64,000 nucleotides of DNA from Pseudomonadota bacterium (lineage in GTDB: Bacteria; Pseudomonadota; Gammaproteobacteria; Burkholderiales; Burkholderiaceae_D). Location: the NCBI GenBank assembly GCA_040390795.1, contig JAZJXV010000017.1, positions 62 through 64,061 on the forward strand. Reading direction: 5' to 3'. The position numbers were made by a program, and so were the translations under genes. The notes under the pieces were generated by a model. The model had not been told where the DNA came from. It did not search any database and saw nothing but the letters and a program-made list of their open reading frames with translations. Within the stretch, counting starts at the first letter, position 1; the number at the start of each line of letters is the position of its first letter. Positions 63,981 to 64,000 of this stretch are shown here, one piece after another.

Positions 63981-64000
63981 TTACCAGCTGGCTTTAGTCA
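63981..64000 (-). CDS. rpsN: 30S ribosomal protein S14, last 6 codons only (gene continues beyond window end)
   Basis: The reverse strand reads ..TKASW then TAA (63983-63981), the conserved S14 C-terminus, in the expected position upstream of rpsH. Confidence 0.7.

Overview
All calls are made by eye from the sequence and the ORF track; no searches were run. The window is a chromosomal segment of a betaproteobacterium. Gene order and protein sequences look Burkholderiales/Oxalobacteraceae-like, but that is inference from memory. I support about 67 protein genes, almost all housekeeping.

Gene content in order:
- a truncated M20 amidohydrolase with a membrane protein, under a divergent LysR regulator
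- ssb and an MFS gene, divergent from uvrA
- a MarR-GNAT fusion and an AEC transporter
- a three-gene lipid-linked sugar module (HAD-UbiA fusion, ArnE-like SMR, GT-C transferase)
- a CPA2 antiporter
- kdsD-kdsC-lptC-lptA-lptB-rpoN-hpf
- a type IV minor-pilin operon (pilE-fimU-pilV-pilW-pilX-pilY1 plus a TonB_C-like gene)
- a 3-hydroxyisobutyryl-CoA hydrolase-like gene and a dGTPase-like gene
- pilMNOPQ followed by a fused aroK-aroB
- mrcA, then cyaY / lptM-lysA
- msrPQ, then system II cytochrome c biogenesis (resB, ccsB) with cytochrome c4
- engB, hemB, a 1-Cys peroxiredoxin, cutA-dsbD, and a NodIJ-like ABC-2 exporter
- the distal spc and alpha ribosomal protein operons, rpsN(partial) through rplQ. 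rpmJ is missing from the ORF track and was found by hand.

I saw no rRNA, tRNA, CRISPR array, transposase, integrase or defence system.

The two accessory-looking parts are the glycolipid module (10375-13821) and the lower-GC minor-pilin island (about 21600-29600). The island's terminal TonB_C-like gene is unusual. Nothing here is a clear-cut novel system. The best candidates are those two, then a fused AroKB, a structured spacer in front of rpsD, and an RBS-led non-terminating small ORF or sRNA candidate upstream of hemB.
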